Positions 10,017-20,570 of a stretch of 64,000 nt of DNA are shown piece by piece. Positions within the stretch are counted from its first letter, which is position 1. Each line of letters starts with the position of its first letter. The DNA is from a virus: positions 18,586 through 82,585 of the IMG/VR virus record IMGVR_UViG_3300025603_000009; one strand, 5' to 3'. The position numbers were made by a program, and so were the translations under genes. The notes under the pieces were generated by a model. It was not told where the DNA came from, did not search any database, and saw only the letters and a list, made by a program, of their open reading frames with translations.

Positions 10017-13000
10017 TTAAAGAGTTTTTATTGCAATTGGTTTTACATCAAGTAAACGAAATGTTCTAGGAGTATTTGTTGTATACTCCAATCTAACTAT
10101 TATGAATTTACTAATAATTTCTGACAAATCAAACCAATTCTTCAACAAATTTATATTAGTAGTATTAACTTCACCATCATCATTAATTAAAAATACAGTA
10201 GGATCAATAACAAAATCACGTATTTCATTAAACCGCCACTCACCTTTATCAAAAGCAACGTTATTATCAAACCAAGGAACATAATCTCCATCTATAGGAA
10301 TACGTCCAGTACATTGCGTATCAGTATAAATAGTAATATGTGTAATAGTATCTTGTGGACTTGCACCTCTAGCACTATTATACACTTCTGAAATCCATTG
10401 AATAGCTTGTAATACAAATGTACCCGCATCAGGAGAATTAAACAACAAATCTATATAACTTCCAAATCTTTCGTCTTCATAAAATTGTCCTCGTTTTAAT
10501 TCAGTTTTTGAATTATGACCATAAATTTTATATTCATTACCATTAATATTATTTCTAACAGAATATAAACGTTGAGATGTTCTAAAATATAGATTAGGAA
10601 TATAGTCATGTTCACACACCCACATTTTTCTTCCAAAGTCATATGAAACAGTAAATTCACGTTCTGGTTCAGATGTTTTATTTTTAGTAACAAGAAGTCT
10701 ATTATAAACTGTATCAAAACCTACAGTAAACCCACCAACACCCATAGGATTATCAGAAGTTGAATTAGCTTTAGGTAGATTATCTTTAAAAAATACTCTA
10801 CGTCCTTCATTACTAAGAATTTTAACAGCACCATCATATTGTACTATAAAACCTTCATTAGATGATACAAACAAATAACCATGTCTACACAATACAAAAC
10901 CAAACTTATCAGCTAGTCCTAATTCCCCAATAGCATCGTTAAGAACTTCTTTTGGTTCATATTCAAAAATTTCACCGTAACCAATATTAGCATTTTCTGC
11001 ACCAACATTAATAGTAGCTCTTGCAGCAGTTACATACAACCCGTGTTCAAGATGTATCATTAACCTATCTCCAAAGGCGCATACGGCAACAATGTTACCA
11101 CGTTTTTTAGGCATTTCATAATAATCATTAATAAGAAACACACGCCATGTTAATTCATATTCTTCTCTAGTGCTAGGTATAGATAATGCAATTTTACTTG
11201 GAAATATATCTTGAATTGCTACACAATCTGTAGAAGGATTATATGGAAAAGCACTTTTTAAATAATTTAATTGTGAATAATCTTCATTATATAAATAAAG
11301 ACTATCATCAACTAATGCTAAATCATCTTCTTTAGGGTAAGATTGAATATTATTATTAACGTCATCAAATCTTAAACCAATATTTGCTGCACTTTCTACA
11401 GGTATATATGTAAAATACGTATTTCCTGCAGACCTACGTTCAAATCCATGACCGTTTATAAAAATATCACCACCATTTTCATTTTTAACTTCGTATGTAT
11501 CATTATCGTTAATAAAATAAATTTTTCCTGTACGAACTAATTGTTGATTATAAAAATCTTTATAAATATCATTTTTGTAATACATAAGATTACCAATAGT
11601 ACCATAAGGATTTAATATTACATTTACTAACAAATTATTATCTCCTCTAGACCAAGCAAATCTATGTGAATATACGGGTTTAAATCGCATATTTTCATTA
11701 AATTTTCCCCATAATATTTCTTCACTATTAGCATTATTAATATAACCTGTAGTATTTCTAGGTACATATAAAAGTTCATCAAGAATACGCAATTGAAAAG
11801 CCCCTTTATAGCCATTTCCAAAAGTTTCATTAGATGTTAAAAAATTATAATTGTTATTTACTAACAAATCAGTTTCATCTAATGCAAAACCATATAGTTG
11901 TTGCTTAAAATATGCAGGAAAATTTCCAGGTTTAGTTTTAAGAGAATCAAAACCGTGAAATCTAAAATCATCTTCTCCTGTATTTATAATACTATTACTA
12001 TCAATTCTATTATCAGTAAATGTAGTAAGAATAGATTGATCAAAAATTAATCTATTGTTAGCATCTCTTTTAGCATACAGTATTTCAAATCCTTGTATTT
12101 CTGCTTTAATTTCAGGGGGGAAATATATATCTTCTAATGCAATACCTAATACAGTTGTATCTATTTCACTCTGACTAAAATCATATGTGTTAGTAACAGC
12201 ACTAGGTACAATTTTAATAACAGGGTTCGCCCTTGAAGATGATGGTGGAACTAATTCTCCATCAGTACCATTATGATCACTTGTAAATTCGACTGTAGGT
12301 GCAGTGTGAGCAAATCTAATTTTAAAATAATCATATACACTTACGTCAATATCATTAATTCCTACACTAACATTTAAAGCAGAAGGTACTACACCACCAA
12401 CATTTTCTGCTGCGTGTGTAGCTAATAAAACACCATCTTGACTATACTGCTCTAACCGAAATACACTAATAACATTAATTGCACCACTAATAATATTAAA
12501 ATCAAAATCTATAATTAAATCTACAGTCTGTGTTGCCATACTACGACAATAAAATACTAATTCATCATCATCAAAAGACAATACCCAATTAGCATTATGA
12601 CCGTTAAGAGCTTTATCTGTAATAAGAGATGGAACACAATATGCAGTATCAAAATATCTAAATTTAATATTACGACAACTATCTACTTCAGAAGGTTGTG
12701 AAACATGATCGTCTACAAGAATATGAAATTCTCTACTTAAATTAGTACTTACAGTATTTCTTGTAACGTGCGGTATACCCCAATCACTAAGTTTTTTTAA
12801 GCTAGGCATTTTATGATGTCTAACTTTTGCACTACGAATATTACCAATTACACCACCTGAATCTACAACATCAAAATCGTCTGTATCAGGATAAATTTCA
12901 GTTTGATTTTCCCAATATCCCATACGTCTATCAATACGTGCAGTATCATAAATTTCATGTGCTTTTGCAGTATCACTTAATTCTTGTGCATATAGTCTAT

Positions 13001-14255
13001 TAATATAATTATAATTATCTGGACCAAGTTCAGTTAATAAAGCATTTTCTAAATAATTATTATCTGTATATGGTAATGCTATTGCAGACCTACCAGGGAT
13101 ATGATAAGCTTTAGTACGTTCACCATTTTTTAAAACTAGTGCAATATACAATGCGTATACTTCGTCACCTTGAAATCCTTTTTTATTATAAACTACTGTA
13201 CCTTCTTTAAATGTCTTATTTATAGTATTTAAACTTACAACAGTTTGTTTTCGCCATTTTACTTTAATATTATTGGCGTATTTTTGATAGTCTAAATCTC
13301 TTATTTCTTTAACGTGCGCTAAAACTAATCTGTCATTTATAACGTCTATAGCTTCCGCACCGTCGTATATTGCATTTGAAACTAATACACTACCTAAATC
13401 AATTAATTCAGCGTCTAAAAGCGTAGTTAAGACGTATTCAACGCTATCAGCTTGCTGTATAGCGATTTTAGTGACCCTATAGGTTTGAATTTCTTGCGCT
13501 ATAGACGTACTAATACCAATAATGATAAATTCATAGGAATTGTCGAGGTTTGAAAAATCAATTACAATAGATTTTGTACTAAATTGATCGGCAGGATCAC
13601 CATCATATTCAACAAAAGTATCACCATCATTACTTAAAACAATAGGTACAGGATTAGATAATGCAGACCAGCTTGTAATACTACCATCAGATAATTCATA
13701 TGCTGTAAATATAGAATATGAACCTGTAGCTAAGTTACCACCCGTATCTCTAATTTCTCTTACATTAATTACAGGAACAGTATAATTAGGAAAAATGTTT
13801 AATAAATTAATATCATCAGCATTAACAAAATCATTATTAATATCTAATTCAAAAGGTAAACAATCTACATTTAAAATTCTAGGTTTATTATGTCCAGTTT
13901 GAACACCATCTACCCACGCTATAACTAAATTACCATTAAACATATAACGAAAAGACCCTCGAATAGGGTTATCTGTGTTTAAAGACAATAATTGACTATT
14001 AATTATAACAGTATAAACACCACCTCTTACAACAGCAATTTCGTTATCTGTATTATTAGTAGAATAAATAATGTATTCTTTAGGCGTACCAAGAACCCCG
14101 CAAATAGGATAAGGGGCGTCTTCTAAACCGTCAAAACCAGGTTCATTTTCTACATCATTACTTTCTCCACTAAGAACAATATTCTTAGCTTTTCTCCAAC
14201 TAAGTGTTTCAGAACTTAAAGGAGAAAAATCGTCTTTATTACCTTTTAACTGCAT
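10017..14255 (-). CDS. Tail stabilisation/muzzle protein (P22 gp10-like)
   Basis: 1412 aa, beta-rich; GFQGDEVYALYI, GYWENQTEIYP and VRHHKMP motifs; crAss-like synteny. Confidence 0.75.
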   Translation of the reverse strand: MQLKGNKDDFSPLSSETLSWRKAKNIVLSGESNDVENEPGFDGLEDAPYPICGVLGTPKEYIIYSTNNTDNEIAVVRGGVYTVIINSQLLSLNTDNPIRGSFRYMFNGNLVIAWVDGVQTGHNKPRILNVDCLPFELDINNDFVNADDINLLNIFPNYTVPVINVREIRDTGGNLATGSYSIFTAYELSDGSITSWSALSNPVPIVLSNDGDTFVEYDGDPADQFSTKSIVIDFSNLDNSYEFIIIGISTSIAQEIQTYRVTKIAIQQADSVEYVLTTLLDAELIDLGSVLVSNAIYDGAEAIDVINDRLVLAHVKEIRDLDYQKYANNIKVKWRKQTVVSLNTINKTFKEGTVVYNKKGFQGDEVYALYIALVLKNGERTKAYHIPGRSAIALPYTDNNYLENALLTELGPDNYNYINRLYAQELSDTAKAHEIYDTARIDRRMGYWENQTEIYPDTDDFDVVDSGGVIGNIRSAKVRHHKMPSLKKLSDWGIPHVTRNTVSTNLSREFHILVDDHVSQPSEVDSCRNIKFRYFDTAYCVPSLITDKALNGHNANWVLSFDDDELVFYCRSMATQTVDLIIDFDFNIISGAINVISVFRLEQYSQDGVLLATHAAENVGGVVPSALNVSVGINDIDVSVYDYFKIRFAHTAPTVEFTSDHNGTDGELVPPSSSRANPVIKIVPSAVTNTYDFSQSEIDTTVLGIALEDIYFPPEIKAEIQGFEILYAKRDANNRLIFDQSILTTFTDNRIDSNSIINTGEDDFRFHGFDSLKTKPGNFPAYFKQQLYGFALDETDLLVNNNYNFLTSNETFGNGYKGAFQLRILDELLYVPRNTTGYINNANSEEILWGKFNENMRFKPVYSHRFAWSRGDNNLLVNVILNPYGTIGNLMYYKNDIYKDFYNQQLVRTGKIYFINDNDTYEVKNENGGDIFINGHGFERRSAGNTYFTYIPVESAANIGLRFDDVNNNIQSYPKEDDLALVDDSLYLYNEDYSQLNYLKSAFPYNPSTDCVAIQDIFPSKIALSIPSTREEYELTWRVFLINDYYEMPKKRGNIVAVCAFGDRLMIHLEHGLYVTAARATINVGAENANIGYGEIFEYEPKEVLNDAIGELGLADKFGFVLCRHGYLFVSSNEGFIVQYDGAVKILSNEGRRVFFKDNLPKANSTSDNPMGVGGFTVGFDTVYNRLLVTKNKTSEPEREFTVSYDFGRKMWVCEHDYIPNLYFRTSQRLYSVRNNINGNEYKIYGHNSKTELKRGQFYEDERFGSYIDLLFNSPDAGTFVLQAIQWISEVYNSARGASPQDTITHITIYTDTQCTGRIPIDGDYVPWFDNNVAFDKGEWRFNEIRDFVIDPTVFLINDDGEVNTTNINLLKNWFDLSEIISKFIIVRLEYTTNTPRTFRLLDVKPIAIKTL

Positions 14256-14647
14256 TATCGTTCTTTATATGGTAAATTTACAAGTAATATAGCATTTTTT
14301 GGAAATTGTTTTACTATATCACTATTTGATGTATTTTTAGACATTGTAATATTTAATTCTTCTGCTAAATTTACAACGTCTACAGGGTCTACAATAAAAG
14401 ATAATAAACTTACAAGTGTTTGAGAATTTACTAAATCAACATATTTATAAGTTACTTCTGGCATATTACCATCTTTTATTAAAAAATTATTATCAATTTC
14501 TTTTTCAACTCTATATTTTTTAGTGTCAGGATACGAAAAAATAGGTAGTTTAAAAGCTATACTGGCTTTGTTAATTTCAACAACAAGCCACCCTTTTGAT
14601 AACCTATTTTGGTTATTATTAATTGTACCTATATATAAACTAACCAT
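14255..14647 (-). CDS. Hypothetical protein (tail module)
   Basis: ATG at 14647 overlaps the upstream stop (TAATG coupling at both ends). Confidence 0.6.
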   Translation of the reverse strand: MVSLYIGTINNNQNRLSKGWLVVEINKASIAFKLPIFSYPDTKKYRVEKEIDNNFLIKDGNMPEVTYKYVDLVNSQTLVSLLSFIVDPVDVVNLAEELNITMSKNTSNSDIVKQFPKNAILLVNLPYKER

Positions 14648-16227
14648 TATGAATGTGTTATTGAACAACCATTATTATTTAAATAGGTAGCATCTGCAAT
14701 ACCTGTAGAAGAGGGTGCAGAATTTCCTGCTAAATCAATATCAATAGCTCTATTAACGGCATCATAACTAGTACGTGCTTGAGCAATAATTTGATCAACT
14801 TCTGATTCAGGTAAATTACAATTTAATATTTTAAATGTAACAAATGTATTTTCAACTGTATTTGTCCATGTTACTAAAGTAGCATTTGAACTAAAATATA
14901 ACGTAATTGCATTAGAAAAATCTGCACTACTGGATACATCTTCAATTTTATTGTTATCAAGTCTTATATTAGTTGCGTTTTCATAATTTAATACAGGTAC
15001 ACTTACTAATTCATTAGCACTTAATAATATGTCAGTCCAAGATGTAGATGTTGATAATGGAAAAGATATTAAATCGTTAAATTCAGCACTAACTCTTTGA
15101 ATATTGGCAAGTGTTACTGAAGGTAATGAAACAATACTATTGTTTCTAAAATATAAATCTTCAATACTATCTGTTAACCAATTAGCAGGTATAGAAGTTA
15201 ATGCACAATATTGTATATATAAATCTTTAACAGTATCTAAATCCCATGTTGAATTAAGTACAATATTATTATTATAATCTAATCTTACACGACCTATTCC
15301 ACAGTTAACATTATCAGGACAAGTTTGTAAATCACAATTCCAAAAATCATAATCTACACAAGAAGGCATTGAAGCATCAGGTGGGGCAGTAAGTAAAGAT
15401 GAAGATGTAACTCTAAATTGTAAAACACTAGCACCATTAAATGCACCTATACTAGTTATAGATTGTGTAAACATTCTTACTTGCCTTATTAAAACACCAT
15501 CAACAATATATATTTTAATAGTTTTACTAGTTGAGTCAGAATATGATTTTGTTAATGCAGGTGTTGATACACCCATACTTGAAACTTGAGATGTATCATC
15601 ACCCCACAAAACTATAACAAAATCTGTACTTGTTGTATTTATGGTATTAGTATGTGTACCAGATTTAGTTGTAGTATATTCAAATAAATTATAATTATAC
15701 TCGAAAGTATCATTCACCTCTGAAGAAAGACTTGAAGCCCCATTAGACGCTTGAATAACCATTTCTAAATTACGAGAAGGATGTGTCTCAATAGTACCAC
15801 TAGCAATAAGCCAATCAGTCATAGCAAAATTAAGTACCATACCGTTCGTTATTGTCAAAGGCGTAGTTATATTAGACTCAACATCATCTACCCAGTTAGA
15901 TTCAGCAGATGGTGCATTAGTACCTATTACATCACCTATAGCATATTCAGCAGAAGCTATTATAGTTGAATCATCTGCATCTCTAATACTAATTAAAAAT
16001 CTAGAACCATTACTTAAAGGAGCACCTTCAGCATTTTCTAAAGTAATTGTAAAATCTTGTTGATTTGTAATTCCTCCAGTAATACTAGCTACAATATTTA
16101 TTGTACCAGTAAAATCAGCTGCTCCCGTATCTGGTAATATAATATGTTTAATAGACGTAAATATACTATTTGCACTAATTTTTAGTCCATTAATAAAATT
16201 AATACTTCGAGTAATTAAATTATCCAA
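14647..16227 (-). CDS. Leucine-rich-repeat protein, probable tail fibre/receptor-binding protein
   Basis: Repeats VKDLYIQYCALTSIP, IEDLYFRNNSIVSLP, WTDILLSANELVSVP, ATNIRLDNNKI; located in the tail gene block. Confidence 0.65.
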   Translation of the reverse strand: MDNLITRSINFINGLKISANSIFTSIKHIILPDTGAADFTGTINIVASITGGITNQQDFTITLENAEGAPLSNGSRFLISIRDADDSTIIASAEYAIGDVIGTNAPSAESNWVDDVESNITTPLTITNGMVLNFAMTDWLIASGTIETHPSRNLEMVIQASNGASSLSSEVNDTFEYNYNLFEYTTTKSGTHTNTINTTSTDFVIVLWGDDTSQVSSMGVSTPALTKSYSDSTSKTIKIYIVDGVLIRQVRMFTQSITSIGAFNGASVLQFRVTSSSLLTAPPDASMPSCVDYDFWNCDLQTCPDNVNCGIGRVRLDYNNNIVLNSTWDLDTVKDLYIQYCALTSIPANWLTDSIEDLYFRNNSIVSLPSVTLANIQRVSAEFNDLISFPLSTSTSWTDILLSANELVSVPVLNYENATNIRLDNNKIEDVSSSADFSNAITLYFSSNATLVTWTNTVENTFVTFKILNCNLPESEVDQIIAQARTSYDAVNRAIDIDLAGNSAPSSTGIADATYLNNNGCSITHS

Positions 16228-17122
16228 TTGATTTAATTCTATGTACTAGTGATACTTCAATATAACAAGTACCAGTTGCTACAATTTGAAAATTACTAAG
16301 TTCAGCAACATCTCCACCAGGTCTATCAGGATGATCTCCTAAAATAATTATTGTTGCATCTCCGACAGTTTTAAAACCTAAACCCGTTGTAGTATTTGGA
16401 GTTGACCCGTCTATAGTCCATCTAACAACTTCTGAACCATTATATACAACAATCATAGCACCTGTTGCATTATTTTCTGTTAACAAATCAACAACTGTAG
16501 TAACAGTTTCAGCTACTTGACAAGTATTAAGTTTACTTGCAGTTGTAGTTAATCTTTTAGATGCTCTACTTTTTGCAGCTCTTATATATTCGTGATCTAA
16601 TATTTTAACTCTTGACATTACTAAAGTCATAGTATTAGTAGTAAATTGTTTACTAGTTATACTATAAACAAACGCTAGTGTAGTAGCATCTTGAGCAGGT
16701 GTTTCTGATAACCCTGTTTTAATACCATATACAATAACATATTCATCAGCATTAATACTACCTAAAGTACCAGTTACTTGAAACCACCCTATTTTAAACG
16801 TAGTAAACCCTTTTTTACTATATACTTGTTGCTGAAGATTAGTTATAGCAGTTATTAAACCCGTTGTATTTGTATTAATACTTTCTACAGCAGCAACAAC
16901 ATCATCTAAAAGCCCCATAGAGGTACTAGTATTTGATTCTATTCCTGTAGTATTTGTTTCTATTAGTGTATTAATATCTTCTAAATTAGAAAGACTTGCA
17001 AGTAAAGTAGTTAAATCTGCTTCAATAGCGGTGGTATCACAAGAACCACCTCCAGCTGACATATTATTAATAGCAATTTCAATTCTTTTTAATTCAAGAA
17101 ATATAGTTTTTAAATCAGACAT
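16220..17122 (-). CDS. Tail/fibre-associated structural protein with N-terminal coiled coil
   Basis: Likely start MSDLKTIFLELK at 17122; heptad-rich N-terminus, Thr-rich beta C-terminus. Confidence 0.55.
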   Translation of the reverse strand: MSDLKTIFLELKRIEIAINNMSAGGGSCDTTAIEADLTTLLASLSNLEDINTLIETNTTGIESNTSTSMGLLDDVVAAVESINTNTTGLITAITNLQQQVYSKKGFTTFKIGWFQVTGTLGSINADEYVIVYGIKTGLSETPAQDATTLAFVYSITSKQFTTNTMTLVMSRVKILDHEYIRAAKSRASKRLTTTASKLNTCQVAETVTTVVDLLTENNATGAMIVVYNGSEVVRWTIDGSTPNTTTGLGFKTVGDATIIILGDHPDRPGGDVAELSNFQIVATGTCYIEVSLVHRIKSIG

Positions 17123-17123
17123 T

Positions 17124-17873
17124 TTATGTAGATATTGTAAAAGGATTAGTAATACGAGTTCCAGGAGTAATGCCAGTAGAACCTGCACCAGCTTCTCCAT
17201 AAAATTGTCTAAACATATCTCCGCTATATGTAGGATCTAACCACCTATCCATAAAAGCATTCATATCATCAAGACTATTCCAATCTATTTCATTTCTTGC
17301 TCTTGTAGCAAAATTTTCATAAATAGAATTAACTTTTTCCCAATTTCTATTAAAAACAGGGTGATTATAACCACCTAATATCATACGACCTATAACATAA
17401 AAACCTAACGCATCAGCATAAGATTTGTTATCAGGTATCATAGGCATATTACACTTATCTAAAGGTATCCCTTGATAAAACAATTCTAATTCTCCAGTTT
17501 CAAATGTAACAGTAAACCAAGGGTCTTTAAAATTGTAATAATGATTAGGATGGTGAGAAAGTGTTTGATTATCAGGAAAACTATTCCAGTTTGTAATATC
17601 TTCTAAAGAACTAATATTAGGATTTTTATCAAGTTTCATTCCTTGATACCGCAATCCAATAAAATTATCAACTGCACAAGGCAATACAAATTTATAATTT
17701 TCTACAGTTATTTTAACACTACAAATTTCTCTTGAATAATATGCACCTATATCTTGAATAGCTTCACCTATCCATTCATAAGCATCACCTATCCACTCTG
17801 TACTTTTAGGTTTAAAATCACGTTCTATTTTAGCAATAACAGAACTAATTGAACGTTTAGTAACTTGAAACAT
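17124..17873 (-). CDS. Tail ring/tubular protein (P22 gp4-like)
   Basis: WIGEAIQDIG and YQGIPLD...PMIPD...ALGFY motifs; synteny. Confidence 0.65.
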   Translation of the reverse strand: MFQVTKRSISSVIAKIERDFKPKSTEWIGDAYEWIGEAIQDIGAYYSREICSVKITVENYKFVLPCAVDNFIGLRYQGMKLDKNPNISSLEDITNWNSFPDNQTLSHHPNHYYNFKDPWFTVTFETGELELFYQGIPLDKCNMPMIPDNKSYADALGFYVIGRMILGGYNHPVFNRNWEKVNSIYENFATRARNEIDWNSLDDMNAFMDRWLDPTYSGDMFRQFYGEAGAGSTGITPGTRITNPFTIST

Positions 17874-18654
17874 AATCTAACATTTTATAACGCAAATCAA
17901 CATTATTTTTTGATTTACGTTCAACATTTAATTCAGTAATAAATGGGGCAGACGGTTTAAATGAAAAAAAAGCTTTATTTGCAACAAACGACGTTTTTTT
18001 AACCCAAGAAATCCAACAGTTAATATTGTCAGCATATACAAACCATTTTTCTCCACCATTATCTTTAATAGGATTTCCTAATTCACATCTTTCAGTAACT
18101 TTATACGGAAGTCTATCTTGTTTAATTAGTTGACGTTTAAGAATATTTGAAGCGTTCCAATCAATTCTTTGTTTATCAGATTTTTTTCTAATAATTTCTA
18201 AACACCCTAATCTAGCGGTTAAAGCAATACGTTGTCCGTCTATTAAATTTCTACGTATAATATAATTATTAGTAAAAATAATAGTTTTAAAAACTTCAAG
18301 TGTAGGTAATACACTATTTAATTTATCAATTTCAAATTTAATAGCATTAACAGCTTTAATTTCTTTAATAAGTTTACTAAGTTTTTTTGTTACATCAGTA
18401 ATAAATGCAACATTTGTATCTAAAGAATACACTATCTTAATTTCTTTTTCAAGTTTAATAGATTTTTTTATAAACGCAAAATCAAGATTTGCTTTTTTAT
18501 TAAAGTAAATCTTGTTAGGTTCAAGTTTATTCCACATAATATCAAGAGATGTATTAATGCGTATATAATAAGATTTTAAAGATTTTAATTTCTTTATATC
18601 TTCATTATATATACGGTCATACAACATTCTTGTATTAATCATTTGTCGTTTCAT
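17857..18654 (-). CDS. IHF/HU-like protein of the crAss-like tail block
   Basis: LIDGQRIALTARLGCLEI, IDWNAS and FSFKPS segments; basic protein. Confidence 0.55.
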   Translation of the reverse strand: MKRQMINTRMLYDRIYNEDIKKLKSLKSYYIRINTSLDIMWNKLEPNKIYFNKKANLDFAFIKKSIKLEKEIKIVYSLDTNVAFITDVTKKLSKLIKEIKAVNAIKFEIDKLNSVLPTLEVFKTIIFTNNYIIRRNLIDGQRIALTARLGCLEIIRKKSDKQRIDWNASNILKRQLIKQDRLPYKVTERCELGNPIKDNGGEKWFVYADNINCWISWVKKTSFVANKAFFSFKPSAPFITELNVERKSKNNVDLRYKMLDYVSSY

Positions 18655-19261
18655 CTACTTCTATTTCTGTATTTTGTGTACTAGTACTAAACTTTTTAAG
18701 AAGCATATCTTTAATTAAAAAAACCATATCTGCGGGTATACCAACAAAAGCGTGTTGATCTAAACAATCGTTAGCTTTACATACATCTTCTACATCTATA
18801 AAAGGAGCTTTTATATGTGCATATCTTATTTTACAATTATTATATACATATAAATAACCATTTACATAATCATAACGTATAAAGTTTTGTGTATATTTAT
18901 TGTGTTTAGTGTGGCATAAAACCTCAACGGGTGTATGTATAAATGCACCCTTGCGATTTCTAGTGCTTACACTTATAAAAGGAGCGCGACCATGCAACCT
19001 TACAGGTTCAGGCAACTGTTCAATACTTCTTAACCCATCAAGTCCTGCAATATTACATAGATCGTTAGCTTGAATAGGTGCTAATTCAACAGTAATAGTA
19101 GTCATATAAATATCAGAACCGTTATTACGTTCTGAATCACGACGTAATAACAAAGCAAAAGCCTCTTTTATTTCAACAATTAAAGTTTGTTTAAGAGTAT
19201 AATTTCCTATTTGATTAAGAGCTACTAAAGTAGTATCTGCTATGTCGCTGTAAGTAGTCAT
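18635..19261 (-). CDS. Tail ring protein
   Basis: Synteny; N-terminal helix pair, YVNGYLYVYN and C-terminal IPADMV pattern. Confidence 0.5.
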   Translation of the reverse strand: MTTYSDIADTTLVALNQIGNYTLKQTLIVEIKEAFALLLRRDSERNNGSDIYMTTITVELAPIQANDLCNIAGLDGLRSIEQLPEPVRLHGRAPFISVSTRNRKGAFIHTPVEVLCHTKHNKYTQNFIRYDYVNGYLYVYNNCKIRYAHIKAPFIDVEDVCKANDCLDQHAFVGIPADMVFLIKDMLLKKFSTSTQNTEIEVDETTND

Positions 19262-19264
19262 ATT

Positions 19265-19729
19265 TTAATTATCTTTATTGTTACCTAAAATATGTATTTT
19301 CTTTGTTGTAGGTAATGTAAGGAATTTTTTTTCAGTAGCAAAGTCAATGTAAAAAGAACTGTTTTTTATATTTACAAGAATATGGTGCGTTACATATGGA
19401 GGAATTAATAAATATTCATTTTCATGAATTTTTATATCTCTAACATTTTCAACAATTGTACCTTTAATAACATATATTAATTCCCAATGATTGTGTTTAC
19501 ACAACTCTAATTCGCCTTTGGAAGTAAAAAGTAAAAGATAACGTTTAAAATTACCATTAACTTTTATATATGTAGACTTAATAAAATCTTTGCTAAGATT
19601 AGAAAAATGTTTTACGTTATTAATAATGTCTATTATAGGTATATCTATATCAACATATCTTAGCCTATTACGTGTTATTCGTAATGATTCTCTAGCTTCA
19701 ATTATCGGTTTAATTATTTTTGTTTGCAT
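19265..19729 (-). CDS. Cupin-domain protein
   Basis: HNHWELIYVIKG (HxH...E) and LLIPPYVTHHI cupin motifs. Confidence 0.7.
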   Translation of the reverse strand: MQTKIIKPIIEARESLRITRNRLRYVDIDIPIIDIINNVKHFSNLSKDFIKSTYIKVNGNFKRYLLLFTSKGELELCKHNHWELIYVIKGTIVENVRDIKIHENEYLLIPPYVTHHILVNIKNSSFYIDFATEKKFLTLPTTKKIHILGNNKDN

Positions 19730-20033
19730 TAATAGTAGCTTTTACTTCTGTTAAAACGGTATTTATATCAATAAGTGTAAGATTAATATCTTTACTAATT
19801 GAAGATTGAGCTTCCATTTTTGTTACAATTGTACTAGTAACTAATGTAACTTCAGCAGTTAAACTAATAAGTTGTTGTACAAGTTCAGACTTTTCAGTTT
19901 CATATTTATTACGTAAAATTATACCTTCTGTTTTTTCTTGTCTATACATACGTACTGTATATATAAGTATTAAACCCAGTACAACTATAATAGGAGCTTG
20001 TTCTATTAACCAGTCTAATATTAATGATTCCAT
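19710..20033 (-). CDS. Holin-like membrane protein
   Basis: One N-terminal TM helix followed by a coiled coil. Confidence 0.45.
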   Translation of the reverse strand: MESLILDWLIEQAPIIVVLGLILIYTVRMYRQEKTEGIILRNKYETEKSELVQQLISLTAEVTLVTSTIVTKMEAQSSISKDINLTLIDINTVLTEVKATINANKNN

Positions 20034-20060
20034 TTCTTAAATTAGTATTATTAGATATGT

Positions 20061-20092
20061 AAAAACATCTACAATATAAAATTGTAGATGTT
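20061..20092 (-). terminator. Intrinsic terminator
   Basis: aacatctacaat-ataaa-attgtagatgtt inverted repeat with an A tract at left. Confidence 0.6.
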
Positions 20093-20121
20093 AGTATTTT
20101 CTTTATGTTTATAGTAAAAAA

Positions 20122-20568
20122 CTATACTGGACAATCAAGAGGTTCGTAAATAGCTTCATCTTCATTAGGTGTAGTGTTTGTAAAACAAGTAACAATACCA
20201 CTATTTTCATACAAACTAGAAATATCTTCAGTTATTACAGCAGCAGGTAAATTATATGCAACATCCATGATAGGTTGTATATTAAATTTACAATTAGTAA
20301 AAAGACACTTTATTACATCATAACTTAAAATTGTATTTAATTCTACGTCCGAAGTAATATAACCATCTTTAACAGAACGATAGACATTTAATCCATACAT
20401 AACAGCAAGAAGTCTAATTAAAGCCCCTTTATTTATGCACGAACTTCCATTATATCCTTCATCAATATGGTGTTCTTTTAAATAATTTGCAACATCATTA
20501 CGAACAATAGAAAATAATTCAATCGCTTTGTTATCAATAGGTGTTAATAAACCGTAGTCAAAAAACAT
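20122..20568 (-). CDS. Hypothetical structural protein
   Basis: ORF; ATG at 20568. Confidence 0.55.
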   Translation of the reverse strand: MFFDYGLLTPIDNKAIELFSIVRNDVANYLKEHHIDEGYNGSSCINKGALIRLLAVMYGLNVYRSVKDGYITSDVELNTILSYDVIKCLFTNCKFNIQPIMDVAYNLPAAVITEDISSLYENSGIVTCFTNTTPNEDEAIYEPLDCPV

Positions 20569-20570
20569 AA

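Noticed and set aside
14647-16227. Diversity-generating retroelement targeting the fibre gene
   Set aside because: No reverse transcriptase or template/variable repeat pair seen in this window
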